A stretch of 64,000 nucleotides of DNA from Escherichia coli (GTDB taxonomy: Bacteria; Pseudomonadota; Gammaproteobacteria; Enterobacterales; Enterobacteriaceae). The notes under the pieces were generated by a model. It had not been told where the DNA came from. It ran no database searches and saw only the letters and a program-made list of their open reading frames with translations. This document shows positions 36,175 to 46,734 of this stretch, piece by piece. The DNA lies in NCBI RefSeq assembly GCF_041886205.1, contig NZ_CP169029.1. One strand, 5' to 3'. Positions within the stretch are counted from its first letter, which is position 1; each line of letters opens with the position of its first letter. Position numbers and translations under genes: made by a program.

Positions 36175-36337
36175 AATATACAAAATATTTATTAATCTAA
36201 TTATGGTATTTATATTTGGAATGCATTAATAATTTAATAATCTCACGTTTTTTTAAACGACTAATTATTTGATTGTTATCAGCATTGTTCTCGAATAAAT
36301 ACGTGAATATTTATTTTTTCATTTTCGGGAACGCAAG
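36175..36337 (+). promoter_or_regulatory. AT-rich junction and putative promoter of the molybdoenzyme operon
   Basis: 163 bp that is strongly AT-rich by eye (runs such as aatatacaaaatatttattaatctaattatgg), sharply different from the flanking genes; immediately upstream of the first inserted gene. Confidence 0.4.
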
Positions 36338-38719
36338 ATGGATACGCCAGACGAAAAGGAACGCATTACATTTCCGCAAGTATCACGACGTAGTTTTTTA
36401 CAAGCGACTTCCGCGCTTATCACTTTGCCTTTTATTTCTTCTGCCGCAAAGGCGCAATCTTCAGATGCGTCGCCAGAAGTTACAGCTCCGGTGGCTGATA
36501 AAGTCGTGCCCACCTGTAGCACATTTGACTGTGGTGGTAAGTGCGATATTCGGGCGCATATGCGCGACGGTGTGGTGACGCAAATTACCACGCTTCCCGA
36601 TAACGAACTGGATCCACAAATGCCGATTATGCGCGCCTGTGTTCGTGGTCGCGGCTATCGTAAATTTGTTTATCATCCAGACCGCCTGAAATATCCGATG
36701 AAACGGGTCGGTAAACGGGGCGAGGGTAAATTTGAGCGTATTTCATGGGATGAGGCGACGACCTTAATTGCCGATAACCTGAAAAGGATCACGCAACAAT
36801 ATGGCCCGGCTTCACGTTATGTCCATGTCGGGACGGCTGTTTCTGGTGGAACATTTTCTGGTGATGCGATGGCACGTCGGCTGTTAAATTTAACCGGTGG
36901 TTATCTTGAATATTATCACTCAGTTAGTCTGGGTAATACTGCGGCCGCAACGCCTTACACGTATGGCGTGGCGGCCAGCGGTAACTCGATGGACACTCTT
37001 CTGGATACCAAACTGGTGATCCTCTGGGGGCATAACCCAACGGAAACCATCTTCGGTCACACCAATTACTTTTTTCAAAAAATGAAGCAAAACGGTACGC
37101 GTTTTATCGTGGTGGATCCGCGTTATTCCGACACTGTATCTTCGCTTGCCGATCAGTGGATCCCGCTGCTGCCGACCACGGACAATGCGTTGATGGACGC
37201 GATGATGTACGTGATTATCAGCGAAAATCTCCACGATAAGCAGTTTATCGAAACTTACACGCTCGGTTTTGATGAAGATTCCATGCCTGAGGGCGTACCG
37301 GCGAACGAGTCGCTGTATGCCTACCTGTTCGGCGCGAAAGATGGCGTGCGCAAAACGCCGGAATGGGCAGAAAAAATTACCCACGTTCCGGCACAAACTA
37401 TTCGTCAACTGGCACGCGATTACGCCACTACAAAACCTGCGGCGCTGATTCAGGGTTGGGGGCCACAGCGACATATTTGCGGCGAACGTACCGCCCGAGG
37501 TTCAACTTTACTGGCCTCGATTACCGGTAACGTCGGCATCAAAGGTGGCTGGGCGGCAGGTTATGGCGGTAGTTCTAATCGTAAATTCTGCGTTGGACCA
37601 GATATGCCAGAAAATCCGGTACAAGCGAAAATCTCGATTATGAACTGGATGCAGGCGGCGGATGATGCTTCTAAAGTTACGCCGCAAGATGGGCTTAAAG
37701 GTGTCGATAAACTCGACAGTAATATCCGCCTGCTGTTCTCACTGGCAGGTAATTATCTGGCGAACCAGAACCCGGACGTCCACCAGGCCGCGAAGCTCCT
37801 TGAAGACGAATCTAAAATAGAATTCATCGTACTCAGCGATCTGTTCATGACTCCGAGCGCGAAATATGCCGATGTGTTGCTGCCGGAAACCAGCTTTATG
37901 GAACGCTGGAATATCGGCGAAACATGGGGAACAGCGAGCTATCTTATTCTGTCAGAAAAACTGATTGAGCCGGAGTTTGAACGTCGCACGGATTATGACT
38001 GGTTGCGTGACGTGGCGAAAAAACTGGGTGTCGAAGCCGAGTTCAGTCAGGGACGTGATGAGAAGCAATGGATTGAGCATATCTGGGAGCAAACTCGTCT
38101 GGCGATGCCGGATGAAAATTTGCCGGACTTCGCGACCCTGCAAAAAACACGTCGCCATCTTTTCAAAAGTGCGCCGCACATCGCTTTCGAAGCAAATATT
38201 CGCGATCCGCAGAATAATCCTTTCCCGACGCCTTCCGGCAAAATTGAGATCTTCTCTAAGCGTCTTTTTGATATGCAAGATCCAGAAATTCCCGCGCTTT
38301 CGCACTATGTCCCTGCCTTTGAAGGGCCAGAAGATAAACTGACGGCGAAATACCCGTTGCAGCTCATCACCTGGAAAGGGAAAAACCGTGCTAATTCCAC
38401 CCAGTATGCTAACCCATGGCTGCAAGAAGTTCAGACGCAAAAACTCTGGCTGAATCCGCAAGATGCAAAACAGCGCGGGATTAGCGAAGGAGATAGCGTA
38501 AAAATTTATAACGATCGTGGTGTGAGCATTATCCCGGTGGAAATAACCCCCCGTATCATCCCTGGCGTAGTTGCTATGCAGGCGGGGGCATGGTGGCAAC
38601 CGGATGCACAAGGTATCGATCGCGGAGGCTGTGCCAATGTACTGAGTTCGACCCGCATTACGGCGCTGGCGAAAGGGAATTCGCATCAAACAATGCTGGT
38701 GGAGGTTGAGAAAGCATGA
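36338..38719 (+). CDS. Molybdopterin (bis-MGD) oxidoreductase catalytic subunit, DMSO-reductase family (DmsA/YnfE-like), Tat-exported
   Basis: 793 aa; twin-arginine motif SRRSFLQA with hydrophobic region and AxA site; N-terminal Cys cluster CSTFDCGGKC; molybdopterin oxidoreductase-like throughout. Confidence 0.85.
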   Translation: MDTPDEKERITFPQVSRRSFLQATSALITLPFISSAAKAQSSDASPEVTAPVADKVVPTCSTFDCGGKCDIRAHMRDGVVTQITTLPDNELDPQMPIMRACVRGRGYRKFVYHPDRLKYPMKRVGKRGEGKFERISWDEATTLIADNLKRITQQYGPASRYVHVGTAVSGGTFSGDAMARRLLNLTGGYLEYYHSVSLGNTAAATPYTYGVAASGNSMDTLLDTKLVILWGHNPTETIFGHTNYFFQKMKQNGTRFIVVDPRYSDTVSSLADQWIPLLPTTDNALMDAMMYVIISENLHDKQFIETYTLGFDEDSMPEGVPANESLYAYLFGAKDGVRKTPEWAEKITHVPAQTIRQLARDYATTKPAALIQGWGPQRHICGERTARGSTLLASITGNVGIKGGWAAGYGGSSNRKFCVGPDMPENPVQAKISIMNWMQAADDASKVTPQDGLKGVDKLDSNIRLLFSLAGNYLANQNPDVHQAAKLLEDESKIEFIVLSDLFMTPSAKYADVLLPETSFMERWNIGETWGTASYLILSEKLIEPEFERRTDYDWLRDVAKKLGVEAEFSQGRDEKQWIEHIWEQTRLAMPDENLPDFATLQKTRRHLFKSAPHIAFEANIRDPQNNPFPTPSGKIEIFSKRLFDMQDPEIPALSHYVPAFEGPEDKLTAKYPLQLITWKGKNRANSTQYANPWLQEVQTQKLWLNPQDAKQRGISEGDSVKIYNDRGVSIIPVEITPRIIPGVVAMQAGAWWQPDAQGIDRGGCANVLSSTRITALAKGNSHQTMLVEVEKA

Positions 38720-39345
38720 GCCAATTTAAAGAATTTGCATCTGTCAGCGACAAACAATTAGGGTTCTTCATTGACTCTTCGCGTTGTTCTGGCTGTAAAG
38801 CGTGTCAGGTGGCCTGTAAAGACAAAAATAACCTTGAGGTTGGGCGACGTTTTCGCCGCGTGTATGAAGTGAACGGCGGTGGCTTCATCGCCACTGGAGA
38901 GGGCGGTGTGAGTCATAATGTCTTTGCTTATACCCTTTCTATTTCCTGTAACCATTGCGCGGATCCGATCTGTATCAAAAATTGCCCGACGATGGCGATG
39001 CATAAGCGTCCCGGAGACGGTATTGTGCGCGTGAATACTGATAAGTGCGTCGGTTGCGGTTACTGCGCCTGGTCCTGTCCTTACGGCGCACCGCAAATGA
39101 ATGAGCAGACCGGGCAGATGTCGAAATGCGATTTCTGTATTGATCTGCAAGCTAAAGGAGAACAACCCATTTGCGTGGCAACGTGCCCGTTGGGGGCGAT
39201 TAAGTTCGGCCCTATTGATGAGTTGCGTGAAAAGTATGGCGATGTCAGTGATGTGAAAGGTTTACCTGATTCGTCGATTACGCAGCCAAATCTGGTGATT
39301 AAACCGCATCAGGGCGCGGAAAAGGAGGCGTCACATCATGCATGA
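38716..39345 (+). CDS. 4Fe-4S electron-transfer subunit (DmsB-like)
   Basis: 209 aa with several Cys motifs of ferredoxin type (CSGCKACQVACK, CNHCADPICIKNCP, CVGCGYCAWSCP, CDFC…CVATCP); ATGA overlap with the upstream gene. Confidence 0.85.
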   Translation: MSQFKEFASVSDKQLGFFIDSSRCSGCKACQVACKDKNNLEVGRRFRRVYEVNGGGFIATGEGGVSHNVFAYTLSISCNHCADPICIKNCPTMAMHKRPGDGIVRVNTDKCVGCGYCAWSCPYGAPQMNEQTGQMSKCDFCIDLQAKGEQPICVATCPLGAIKFGPIDELREKYGDVSDVKGLPDSSITQPNLVIKPHQGAEKEASHHA

Positions 39346-40159
39346 ATTACCGTTAATGGCTTTTACGCTGTTGTTACAGGCATCGGTCGGTATGACCTTG
39401 TGGCTGGCGTTTCTTCATCGTCATATTTTAATCACCTCCAGCGCCCGCCCGGTTATGCGGCCGCCATTACTGTTGGCTTTTTTGGCAGGTGCCGTAGGGT
39501 TACTGATTTCTACCTTACATCTGGGTTATCCACTTAATGCGATGCATGCGCTAAGCCACTTTTCCAGTTCATGGCTGAGTCGGGAAATTATCTTTGGTGC
39601 GCTGTATCTGGCGCTATTGGGTTTATCCACATTACTGGTCATGTTACGCAAAGGCGGCTGGCAACTCCTGCTTATGCTAGCGGCAGTGGTCGGGATTGTT
39701 GATGTTTTCTGCATGGCGCAAGTTTACATCCATACGTCGATTATCACCTGGCAGCATTACAACACGCTGATTATGTTCTTAGGTACAGTGGGAATTCTCG
39801 GTTCAGCGCTGGTAGCAGTGTTTCGTATTAGCGGAATTTTGCCGCAGATTGATGCCCTGCGTAATGGATGCGTGTTGGTGATCGCTTTCCTGGTTCTGTT
39901 GCGTTTGTTGGTTCAGCCGTTGTGGATAGGGGATTTAACGGCAAATGCGATGCAGATAGCCACATTGCCACATGCGCCATTAGCGATGCTGGGACAGTTA
40001 AAACCCATACTGACACTAAGCTGGGGAATTTCCGTCATTGGGATGATGTTCTTTGCTGTCGGTGGTTGTAAAAAGAATATCCCGGCGGCGTTATTCGGTA
40101 GCGTAATGCTAGTGGGGAGTGAAGTTATGCTGCGTTTTGTCTTTTTTAGTATCAGCTAA
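39338..40159 (+). CDS. Integral-membrane anchor subunit (DmsC-like)
   Basis: 273 aa, about 8 hydrophobic segments; overlaps the B-subunit stop by 8 nt. Confidence 0.75.
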   Translation: MHELPLMAFTLLLQASVGMTLWLAFLHRHILITSSARPVMRPPLLLAFLAGAVGLLISTLHLGYPLNAMHALSHFSSSWLSREIIFGALYLALLGLSTLLVMLRKGGWQLLLMLAAVVGIVDVFCMAQVYIHTSIITWQHYNTLIMFLGTVGILGSALVAVFRISGILPQIDALRNGCVLVIAFLVLLRLLVQPLWIGDLTANAMQIATLPHAPLAMLGQLKPILTLSWGISVIGMMFFAVGGCKKNIPAALFGSVMLVGSEVMLRFVFFSIS

Positions 40160-41013
40160 TGTTAAGTCATAACATAACGATTGGCGCGGAATGCGCGCGC
40201 CAACGCTTTCGTTTTGCAACATGTCATGCCTGTGTCGAGGCTTGCCCGGCACAGGCGCTAACGCTGACAGAAGAGGGCGTAGCGGTCGACGCGGAACAAT
40301 GTATTGAGTGTGCGGTTTGCCAGTTTATTTGCCCGCAAGAGGCTATTCGTGGCGTTAATTCCCCTTTACGTTATTTTCGCAATCACACCCTGGTCGCACC
40401 TTTCACCACTATTGCGCCGACGCTGGAAGAACTTTTGCTATGGCATAAAGAGCAGGGGATCACAGCGATCGCGATTGATCTGAGTCAGGCGAAGGCATGG
40501 GAGCGCGCATTATTGCTGTTAAACGAACGCTTACGGCAATATGGCGAGGAAGGCTGGTCTGTGGTATCTCCACATACCAGTGAGGTGAATGTTTCCCGGC
40601 GTCGTTTGTTCCATGTGCAGCGTGCGGATGTTCAGATGACACAAATACAGCCAGGATTACGTCGGTTACATTATTTTTGGCCCCAGATTAGTGATGCTCG
40701 CCCGATGATGGATCCTCAAAAGTGTCAGCTTTGCGGTGCATGCTGGCGGGCCTGCGGGCAACAGGTCTTTTCGCTTAACGAAGGCCATTTACAAATCAAT
40801 GATGCCTTGTGTACCGGATGCCAAAATTGTATTGCTGTTTGTTTTCATCAGGCAATGACCGTTGAATTGACGATTCTACCGGCAAAAATTGTGAATCTTC
40901 ATGCTAATCGCAAAGTCTGTAAAACCTGTCAAAAATCCTTTCTTACTTTTCAGCAAAATGCGCAAAATTGTCTTTATTGCCAACGTCATCGCTATGGGAT
41001 GAGAGCATCATAA
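40159..41013 (+). CDS. Ferredoxin-like iron-sulfur protein with C-terminal Cys-rich tail
   Basis: 284 aa; Cys motifs CIECAVCQFICP, CQLCGACWRACG, CTGCQNCIAVC, plus terminal CKTCQ…CLYCQ pairs; TAATG overlap with the membrane subunit. Confidence 0.65.
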   Translation: MLSHNITIGAECARQRFRFATCHACVEACPAQALTLTEEGVAVDAEQCIECAVCQFICPQEAIRGVNSPLRYFRNHTLVAPFTTIAPTLEELLLWHKEQGITAIAIDLSQAKAWERALLLLNERLRQYGEEGWSVVSPHTSEVNVSRRRLFHVQRADVQMTQIQPGLRRLHYFWPQISDARPMMDPQKCQLCGACWRACGQQVFSLNEGHLQINDALCTGCQNCIAVCFHQAMTVELTILPAKIVNLHANRKVCKTCQKSFLTFQQNAQNCLYCQRHRYGMRAS

Positions 41014-41068
41014 AAGTCGAGTTGTTGCTAAAACTCATTTTATTTTAAAAAAATGTTACCTTCATCAA

Positions 41069-41097
41069 TAGTCAACGGCCCTGTTGCTCATTATAAT
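41069..41097 (+). promoter_or_regulatory. Putative sigma70 promoter of ndk
   Basis: -35 tagtca, 17-bp spacer, perfect -10 tataat (41092-41097) about 55 nt upstream of the ndk ATG. Confidence 0.45.
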
Positions 41098-41153
41098 CCG
41101 CGCCATCTCGTACGCTGGTACAGACAACAACAGAATAATTTACAGAGGTAAAA

Positions 41154-41585
41154 ATGGCTATTGAACGTACTTTTTCCATCATCAAACCGAACGCGGTAGC
41201 AAAAAACGTCATTGGTAATATCTTTGCGCGCTTTGAAGCTGCGGGGTTCAAAATTGTCGGCACCAAAATGCTGCACCTGACCGTTGAACAGGCACGTGGC
41301 TTTTATGCTGAACACGATGGAAAACCGTTCTTTGATGGTCTGGTTGAATTCATGACCTCTGGCCCGATCGTGGTTTCCGTGCTGGAAGGTGAAAACGCCG
41401 TTCAGCGTCACCGCGATCTGCTGGGCGCGACCAATCCGGCAAACGCACTGGCCGGTACTCTGCGCGCTGATTACGCTGACAGCCTGACCGAAAACGGTAC
41501 CCACGGTTCTGACTCCGTCGAATCTGCCGCTCGCGAAATCGCTTATTTCTTCGGCGAAGGCGAAGTGTGCCCGCGCACCCGTTAA
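41154..41585 (+). CDS. ndk: Nucleoside diphosphate kinase
   Basis: 143 aa; NDK motifs including the active-site His region NGTHGSDS. Confidence 0.95.
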
Positions 41586-41645
41586 TAATTTCGTAAATGC
41601 CGCGTGCAAACGTGGCATCCGTGCGCCAGAATTTGTACAATGCAG

Positions 41646-41688
41646 CGCCCCCGGACGAGCAGCCGCTCACCGGGGCGTTTCTTTTTTC
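41646..41688 (+). terminator. Putative intrinsic terminator/attenuator downstream of ndk
   Basis: GC-rich stem gcgcccccgg … ccggggcg followed by tttcttttttc. Confidence 0.5.
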
Positions 41689-41734
41689 AACCCTCCAGGG
41701 GCCATAACGTGTAATAACGAGGCCGGAATAGCAT

Positions 41735-42889
41735 ATGTCTGAACAATTAGTCACACCTGAAAACGTCACCACCAAAGATGGAAAAATCAACCTGCTGGAT
41801 CTCAATCGTCAGCAGATGCGGGAGTTTTTTAAAGATTTAGGTGAAAAACCCTTCCGCGCCGATCAGGTGATGAAGTGGATGTATCACTATTGCTGCGACA
41901 ATTTTGATGAGATGACTGACATCAACAAAGTGTTGCGCGGCAAGCTGAAAGAGGTGGCGGAAATCCGCGCACCGGAAGTGGTTGAAGAACAGCGTTCATC
42001 TGACGGCACCATTAAATGGGCGATTGCCGTGGGTGACCAGCGTGTCGAAACGGTGTACATCCCGGAAGACGACCGCGCTACGCTCTGCGTCTCTTCACAG
42101 GTGGGGTGTGCGCTGGAGTGTAAATTCTGTTCCACCGCCCAGCAGGGCTTTAACCGCAACCTGCGGGTATCGGAAATTATTGGCCAGGTGTGGCGTGCGG
42201 CGAAAATCGTCGGCGCAGCAAAAGTCACCGGTCAGCGTCCGATCACTAACGTAGTAATGATGGGCATGGGCGAGCCGCTGCTCAACCTGAACAACGTCGT
42301 TCCGGCGATGGAAATTATGCTTGATGATTTCGGTTTTGGTCTGTCAAAACGTCGCGTTACCCTGTCGACCTCTGGCGTGGTTCCGGCACTGGATAAACTC
42401 GGCGATATGATCGACGTTGCACTGGCAATTTCCCTGCACGCGCCGAACGACGAAATTCGTGACGAAATTGTGCCGATCAACAAAAAGTACAATATCGAAA
42501 CGTTCCTTGCTGCGGTGCGCCGTTATCTGGAGAAATCCAACGCCAATCAGGGCCGAGTCACTATTGAATACGTGATGCTTGACCACGTTAACGATGGCAC
42601 TGAACACGCGCACCAACTGGCGGAGCTGCTGAAAGATACGCCGTGTAAGATCAACCTGATCCCGTGGAACCCGTTCCCGGGTGCGCCGTATGGACGCAGC
42701 TCGAACAGCCGTATCGACCGTTTCTCAAAAGTGCTGATGAGCTACGGTTTCACCACTATTGTGCGTAAAACGCGTGGTGATGATATCGATGCTGCCTGTG
42801 GTCAGTTGGCGGGCGATGTTATCGACCGTACGAAACGTACCCTGCGTAAACGGATGCAGGGTGAAGCCATCGACATTAAAGCGGTCTGA
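41735..42889 (+). CDS. rlmN: Radical-SAM 23S rRNA/tRNA adenine-C2 methyltransferase RlmN
   Basis: 384 aa; radical SAM CxxxCxxC (CALECKFC). Confidence 0.9.
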
Positions 42890-42893
42890 TAGC

Positions 42894-42936
42894 CATTACG
42901 CCACGGTTACTTTATGTACCGTGGCGTAATGTTTTA
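42894..42936 (+). terminator. Intrinsic terminator after rlmN
   Basis: Perfect 14-bp inverted repeat cattacgccacggt / accgtggcgtaatg followed by ttttatg. Confidence 0.6.
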
Positions 42937-43173
42937 TGAATGAAGTATTAAGTTGCAATTGTCTGGTCAATATTAACGGTGCGTTTTTGCTGACTTTAAG
43001 GCAGTATGTAACGATGCAACAGTAAGTTAGCCTTAGTGAATGTGGGCTTTGTCACGAGCACACAGACGGTCTTATACTGTATGATAACGGTTAACTTAAC
43101 GGATGTTTCGCGGTGTGGGTGAGCATGATGGTTCACCGGCATCTCAATTCTCATTTAAACGTACCTGCAGCGA

Positions 43174-44187
43174 ATGAATACTGAAGCCACGCACGACCAA
43201 AATGAAGCACTTACTACCGGCGCTCGCCTGCGTAATGCTCGCGAACAACTAGGACTTAGTCAGCAGGCCGTTGCCGAGCGACTTTGCCTGAAGGTTTCCA
43301 CGGTACGCGACATTGAAGAAGATAAGGCACCCGCCGATCTTGCTTCAACATTCCTGCGCGGATATATCCGCTCTTATGCGCGTCTGGTACATATTCCAGA
43401 AGAAGAACTGCTGCCAGGGCTGGAAAAGCAGGCTCCATTACGGGCTGCAAAAGTTGCGCCGATGCAGAGTTTTTCCCTCGGTAAACGCCGCAAAAAACGT
43501 GACGGCTGGCTGATGACCTTCACCTGGCTGGTGTTGTTTGTGGTTATCGGCCTGAGCGGTGCCTGGTGGTGGCAAGACCACAAAGCTCAGCAGGAAGAGA
43601 TCACCACGATGGCCGATCAATCTTCGGCGGAACTGAGCAGTAATAGCGAGCAGGGGCAGAGTGTTCCGTTAAATACGTCGACAACTACAGACCCGGCTAC
43701 AACGTCCACGCCGCCAGCGTCTGTGGATACTACCGCAACCAACACGCAAACACCTGCCGTAACTGCGCCAGCACCAGCTGTTGATCCGCAACAGAATGCG
43801 GTTGTTTCGCCTTCGCAGGCAAATGTTGATACCGCCGCGACCCCGGCACCAACGGCAACAACAACGCCAGATGGTGCTGCGCCGTTGCCAACCGATCAGG
43901 CAGGCGTGACTACGCCGGCGGCTGATCCGAATGCGCTGGTGATGAACTTTACTGCCGATTGTTGGCTAGAGGTTACTGATGCTACCGGTAAAAAATTGTT
44001 TAGCGGTATGCAGCGTAAAGACGGTAATTTGAACTTAACCGGCCAGGCACCGTACAAACTGAAAATTGGTGCGCCAGCCGCAGTACAGATCCAGTATCAA
44101 GGGAAACCTGTCGATCTGAGTCGTTTTATCAGAACTAACCAGGTTGCGCGTCTGACCCTCAATGCCGAACAATCACCGGCGCAGTAA
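43174..44187 (+). CDS. rodZ: Cytoskeleton protein RodZ
   Basis: 337 aa; N-terminal HTH, single TM segment and a Pro/Thr/Ala-rich periplasmic linker. Confidence 0.9.
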   Translation: MNTEATHDQNEALTTGARLRNAREQLGLSQQAVAERLCLKVSTVRDIEEDKAPADLASTFLRGYIRSYARLVHIPEEELLPGLEKQAPLRAAKVAPMQSFSLGKRRKKRDGWLMTFTWLVLFVVIGLSGAWWWQDHKAQQEEITTMADQSSAELSSNSEQGQSVPLNTSTTTDPATTSTPPASVDTTATNTQTPAVTAPAPAVDPQQNAVVSPSQANVDTAATPAPTATTTPDGAAPLPTDQAGVTTPAADPNALVMNFTADCWLEVTDATGKKLFSGMQRKDGNLNLTGQAPYKLKIGAPAAVQIQYQGKPVDLSRFIRTNQVARLTLNAEQSPAQ

Positions 44188-44213
44188 CAGACGGGTAACG
44201 CGGGAGATTTTTC

Positions 44214-45332
44214 ATGCATAACCAGGCTCCAATTCAACGTAGAAAATCAACACGTATTTACGTTGGGAATGTGCCGATTGGCGATGGTGCTCCCATCGCC
44301 GTACAGTCCATGACCAATACGCGTACGACAGACGTCGAAGCAACGGTCAATCAAATCAAGGCGCTGGAACGCGTTGGCGCTGATATCGTCCGTGTCTCCG
44401 TACCGACGATGGACGCGGCAGAAGCGTTCAAACTCATCAAACAGCAGGTTAACGTGCCGCTGGTGGCTGACATCCACTTCGACTATCGCATTGCACTGAA
44501 AGTAGCGGAATACGGCGTCGATTGTCTGCGTATTAACCCTGGCAATATCGGTAATGAAGAGCGTATTCGCATGGTGGTTGACTGTGCGCGCGATAAAAAC
44601 ATTCCGATCCGTATTGGCGTTAACGCCGGATCGCTGGAAAAAGATCTGCAAGAAAAGTATGGCGAACCGACGCCGCAGGCGTTGCTGGAATCCGCCATGC
44701 GTCATGTTGATCATCTCGATCGCCTGAACTTCGATCAGTTCAAAGTCAGCGTGAAAGCGTCTGACGTCTTCCTCGCTGTTGAGTCTTATCGTTTGCTGGC
44801 AAAACAGATCGATCAGCCGTTGCATCTGGGGATCACCGAAGCCGGTGGCGCGCGCAGCGGGGCAGTAAAATCCGCCATTGGTTTAGGTCTGCTGCTGTCT
44901 GAAGGCATCGGCGACACGCTGCGCGTATCACTGGCGGCCGATCCGGTCGAAGAGATCAAAGTCGGTTTCGATATTTTGAAATCGCTTCGTATCCGTTCGC
45001 GAGGTATCAACTTCATCGCCTGTCCGACCTGTTCGCGTCAGGAGTTTGATGTTATCGGTACGGTTAACGCGCTGGAGCAACGCCTGGAAGATATCATCAC
45101 TCCGATGGACGTTTCGATTATCGGCTGCGTGGTGAATGGCCCAGGTGAGGCGCTGGTTTCTACACTCGGCGTCACCGGCGGCAACAAGAAAAGCGGCCTC
45201 TATGAAGATGGCGTGCGCAAAGACCGTCTGGACAACAACGATATGATCGACCAGCTGGAAGCACGCATTCGTGCGAAAGCCAGTCAGCTGGACGAAGCGC
45301 GTCGAATTGACGTTCAGCAGGTTGAAAAATAA
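44214..45332 (+). CDS. ispG: 4-hydroxy-3-methylbut-2-enyl diphosphate synthase IspG
   Basis: 372 aa; conserved C-terminal Cys ligands (CPTCSR…GCVVNGPGE). Confidence 0.95.
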
Positions 45333-45442
45333 TAACGTGATGGGAAGCGCCTCGCTTCCCGTGTATGATTGAACCCGCATGGCTCCCGAAACATTGAGGG
45401 AAGCGTTGAGGGTTCATTTTTATATTCAGAAAGAGAATAAAC

Positions 45443-46717
45443 GTGGCAAAAAACATTCAAGCCATTCGCGGCATGAACGATTACCTGCCTGGCGAAACGG
45501 CCATCTGGCAGCGCATTGAAGGCACACTGAAAAACGTGCTCGGCAGCTACGGTTACAGTGAAATCCGCTTGCCGATTGTAGAGCAGACCCCGCTATTCAA
45601 ACGTGCGATTGGTGAAGTCACCGACGTGGTTGAAAAAGAGATGTACACCTTTGAGGATCGCAATGGCGACAGCCTGACTCTGCGCCCTGAAGGGACGGCG
45701 GGCTGTGTACGCGCCGGCATCGAGCATGGTCTTCTGTACAATCAGGAACAGCGTCTGTGGTATATCGGGCCGATGTTCCGTCACGAGCGTCCGCAGAAAG
45801 GGCGTTATCGTCAGTTCCATCAGTTGGGCTGCGAAGTTTTCGGTCTGCAAGGTCCGGATATCGACGCTGAACTGATTATGCTCACTGTCCGCTGGTGGCG
45901 CGCGCTGGGTATTTCCGAGCACGTAACTCTTGAGCTGAACTCTATCGGTTCGCTGGAAGCACGCGCCAATTACCGCGATGCGCTGGTGGCATTCCTTGAG
46001 CAGCATAAAGAAAAGCTGGACGAAGACTGCAAACGCCGCATGTACACTAACCCGCTGCGCGTGCTGGATTCAAAAAATCCGGAAGTGCAGGCGCTTCTCA
46101 ACGATGCTCCGGCATTAGGCGATTATCTGGACGAGGAATCTCGTGAGCATTTTGCCGGTCTGTGCAAACTGCTGGAGAGCGCGGGGATCGCTTACACCGT
46201 CAACCAGCGTCTGGTGCGTGGTCTGGATTACTATAACCGTACCGTTTTCGAGTGGGTGACTAACAGCCTCGGTTCCCAGGGCACCGTGTGTGCAGGCGGT
46301 CGTTATGACGGTCTGGTGGAACAACTGGGCGGTCGTGCAACACCGGCTGTCGGTTTTGCGATGGGCCTCGAACGTCTTGTATTGTTAGTACAGGCCGTTA
46401 ATCCGGAATTTAAAGCCGATCCTGTTGTCGATATATACCTGGTGGCTTCAGGTGCTGATACACAATCTGCGGCTATGGCATTAGCTGAGCGTCTGCGTGA
46501 TGAATTACCGGGCGTGAAATTGATGACCAACCACGGCGGCGGCAACTTTAAGAAACAGTTTGCCCGTGCTGATAAATGGGGTGCCCGCGTTGCTGTGGTG
46601 CTGGGTGAGTCTGAAGTGGCTAACGGCACAGCAGTAGTGAAGGATTTGCGCTCTGGTGAGCAAACGGCAGTTGCGCAGGATAGCGTAGCCGCGCATTTGC
46701 GCACGTTACTGGGTTAA
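45443..46717 (+). CDS. hisS: Histidine-tRNA ligase HisS
   Basis: 424 aa; class II aaRS motifs; GTG start ([10 protein letters not shown]). Confidence 0.95.
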   Translation: MAKNIQAIRGMNDYLPGETAIWQRIEGTLKNVLGSYGYSEIRLPIVEQTPLFKRAIGEVTDVVEKEMYTFEDRNGDSLTLRPEGTAGCVRAGIEHGLLYNQEQRLWYIGPMFRHERPQKGRYRQFHQLGCEVFGLQGPDIDAELIMLTVRWWRALGISEHVTLELNSIGSLEARANYRDALVAFLEQHKEKLDEDCKRRMYTNPLRVLDSKNPEVQALLNDAPALGDYLDEESREHFAGLCKLLESAGIAYTVNQRLVRGLDYYNRTVFEWVTNSLGSQGTVCAGGRYDGLVEQLGGRATPAVGFAMGLERLVLLVQAVNPEFKADPVVDIYLVASGADTQSAAMALAERLRDELPGVKLMTNHGGGNFKKQFARADKWGARVAVVLGESEVANGTAVVKDLRSGEQTAVAQDSVAAHLRTLLG

Positions 46718-46734
46718 GGAAGGAGAAGGACAGC

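Noticed and set aside
37952-38689. 245-aa ORF on the minus strand, plus other antisense ORFs at 36920-37474 and 38758-39165
   Set aside because: Embedded in and antisense to the molybdoenzyme catalytic and ferredoxin subunit genes, which are clearly the real coding frames.
45333-45442. Hairpin gggaagcgcctcgcttccc after ispG as a terminator
   Set aside because: The stem is clear but there is no convincing downstream T-tract and hisS follows closely; more likely an mRNA processing or stability structure within an operon. Not reported as a feature.
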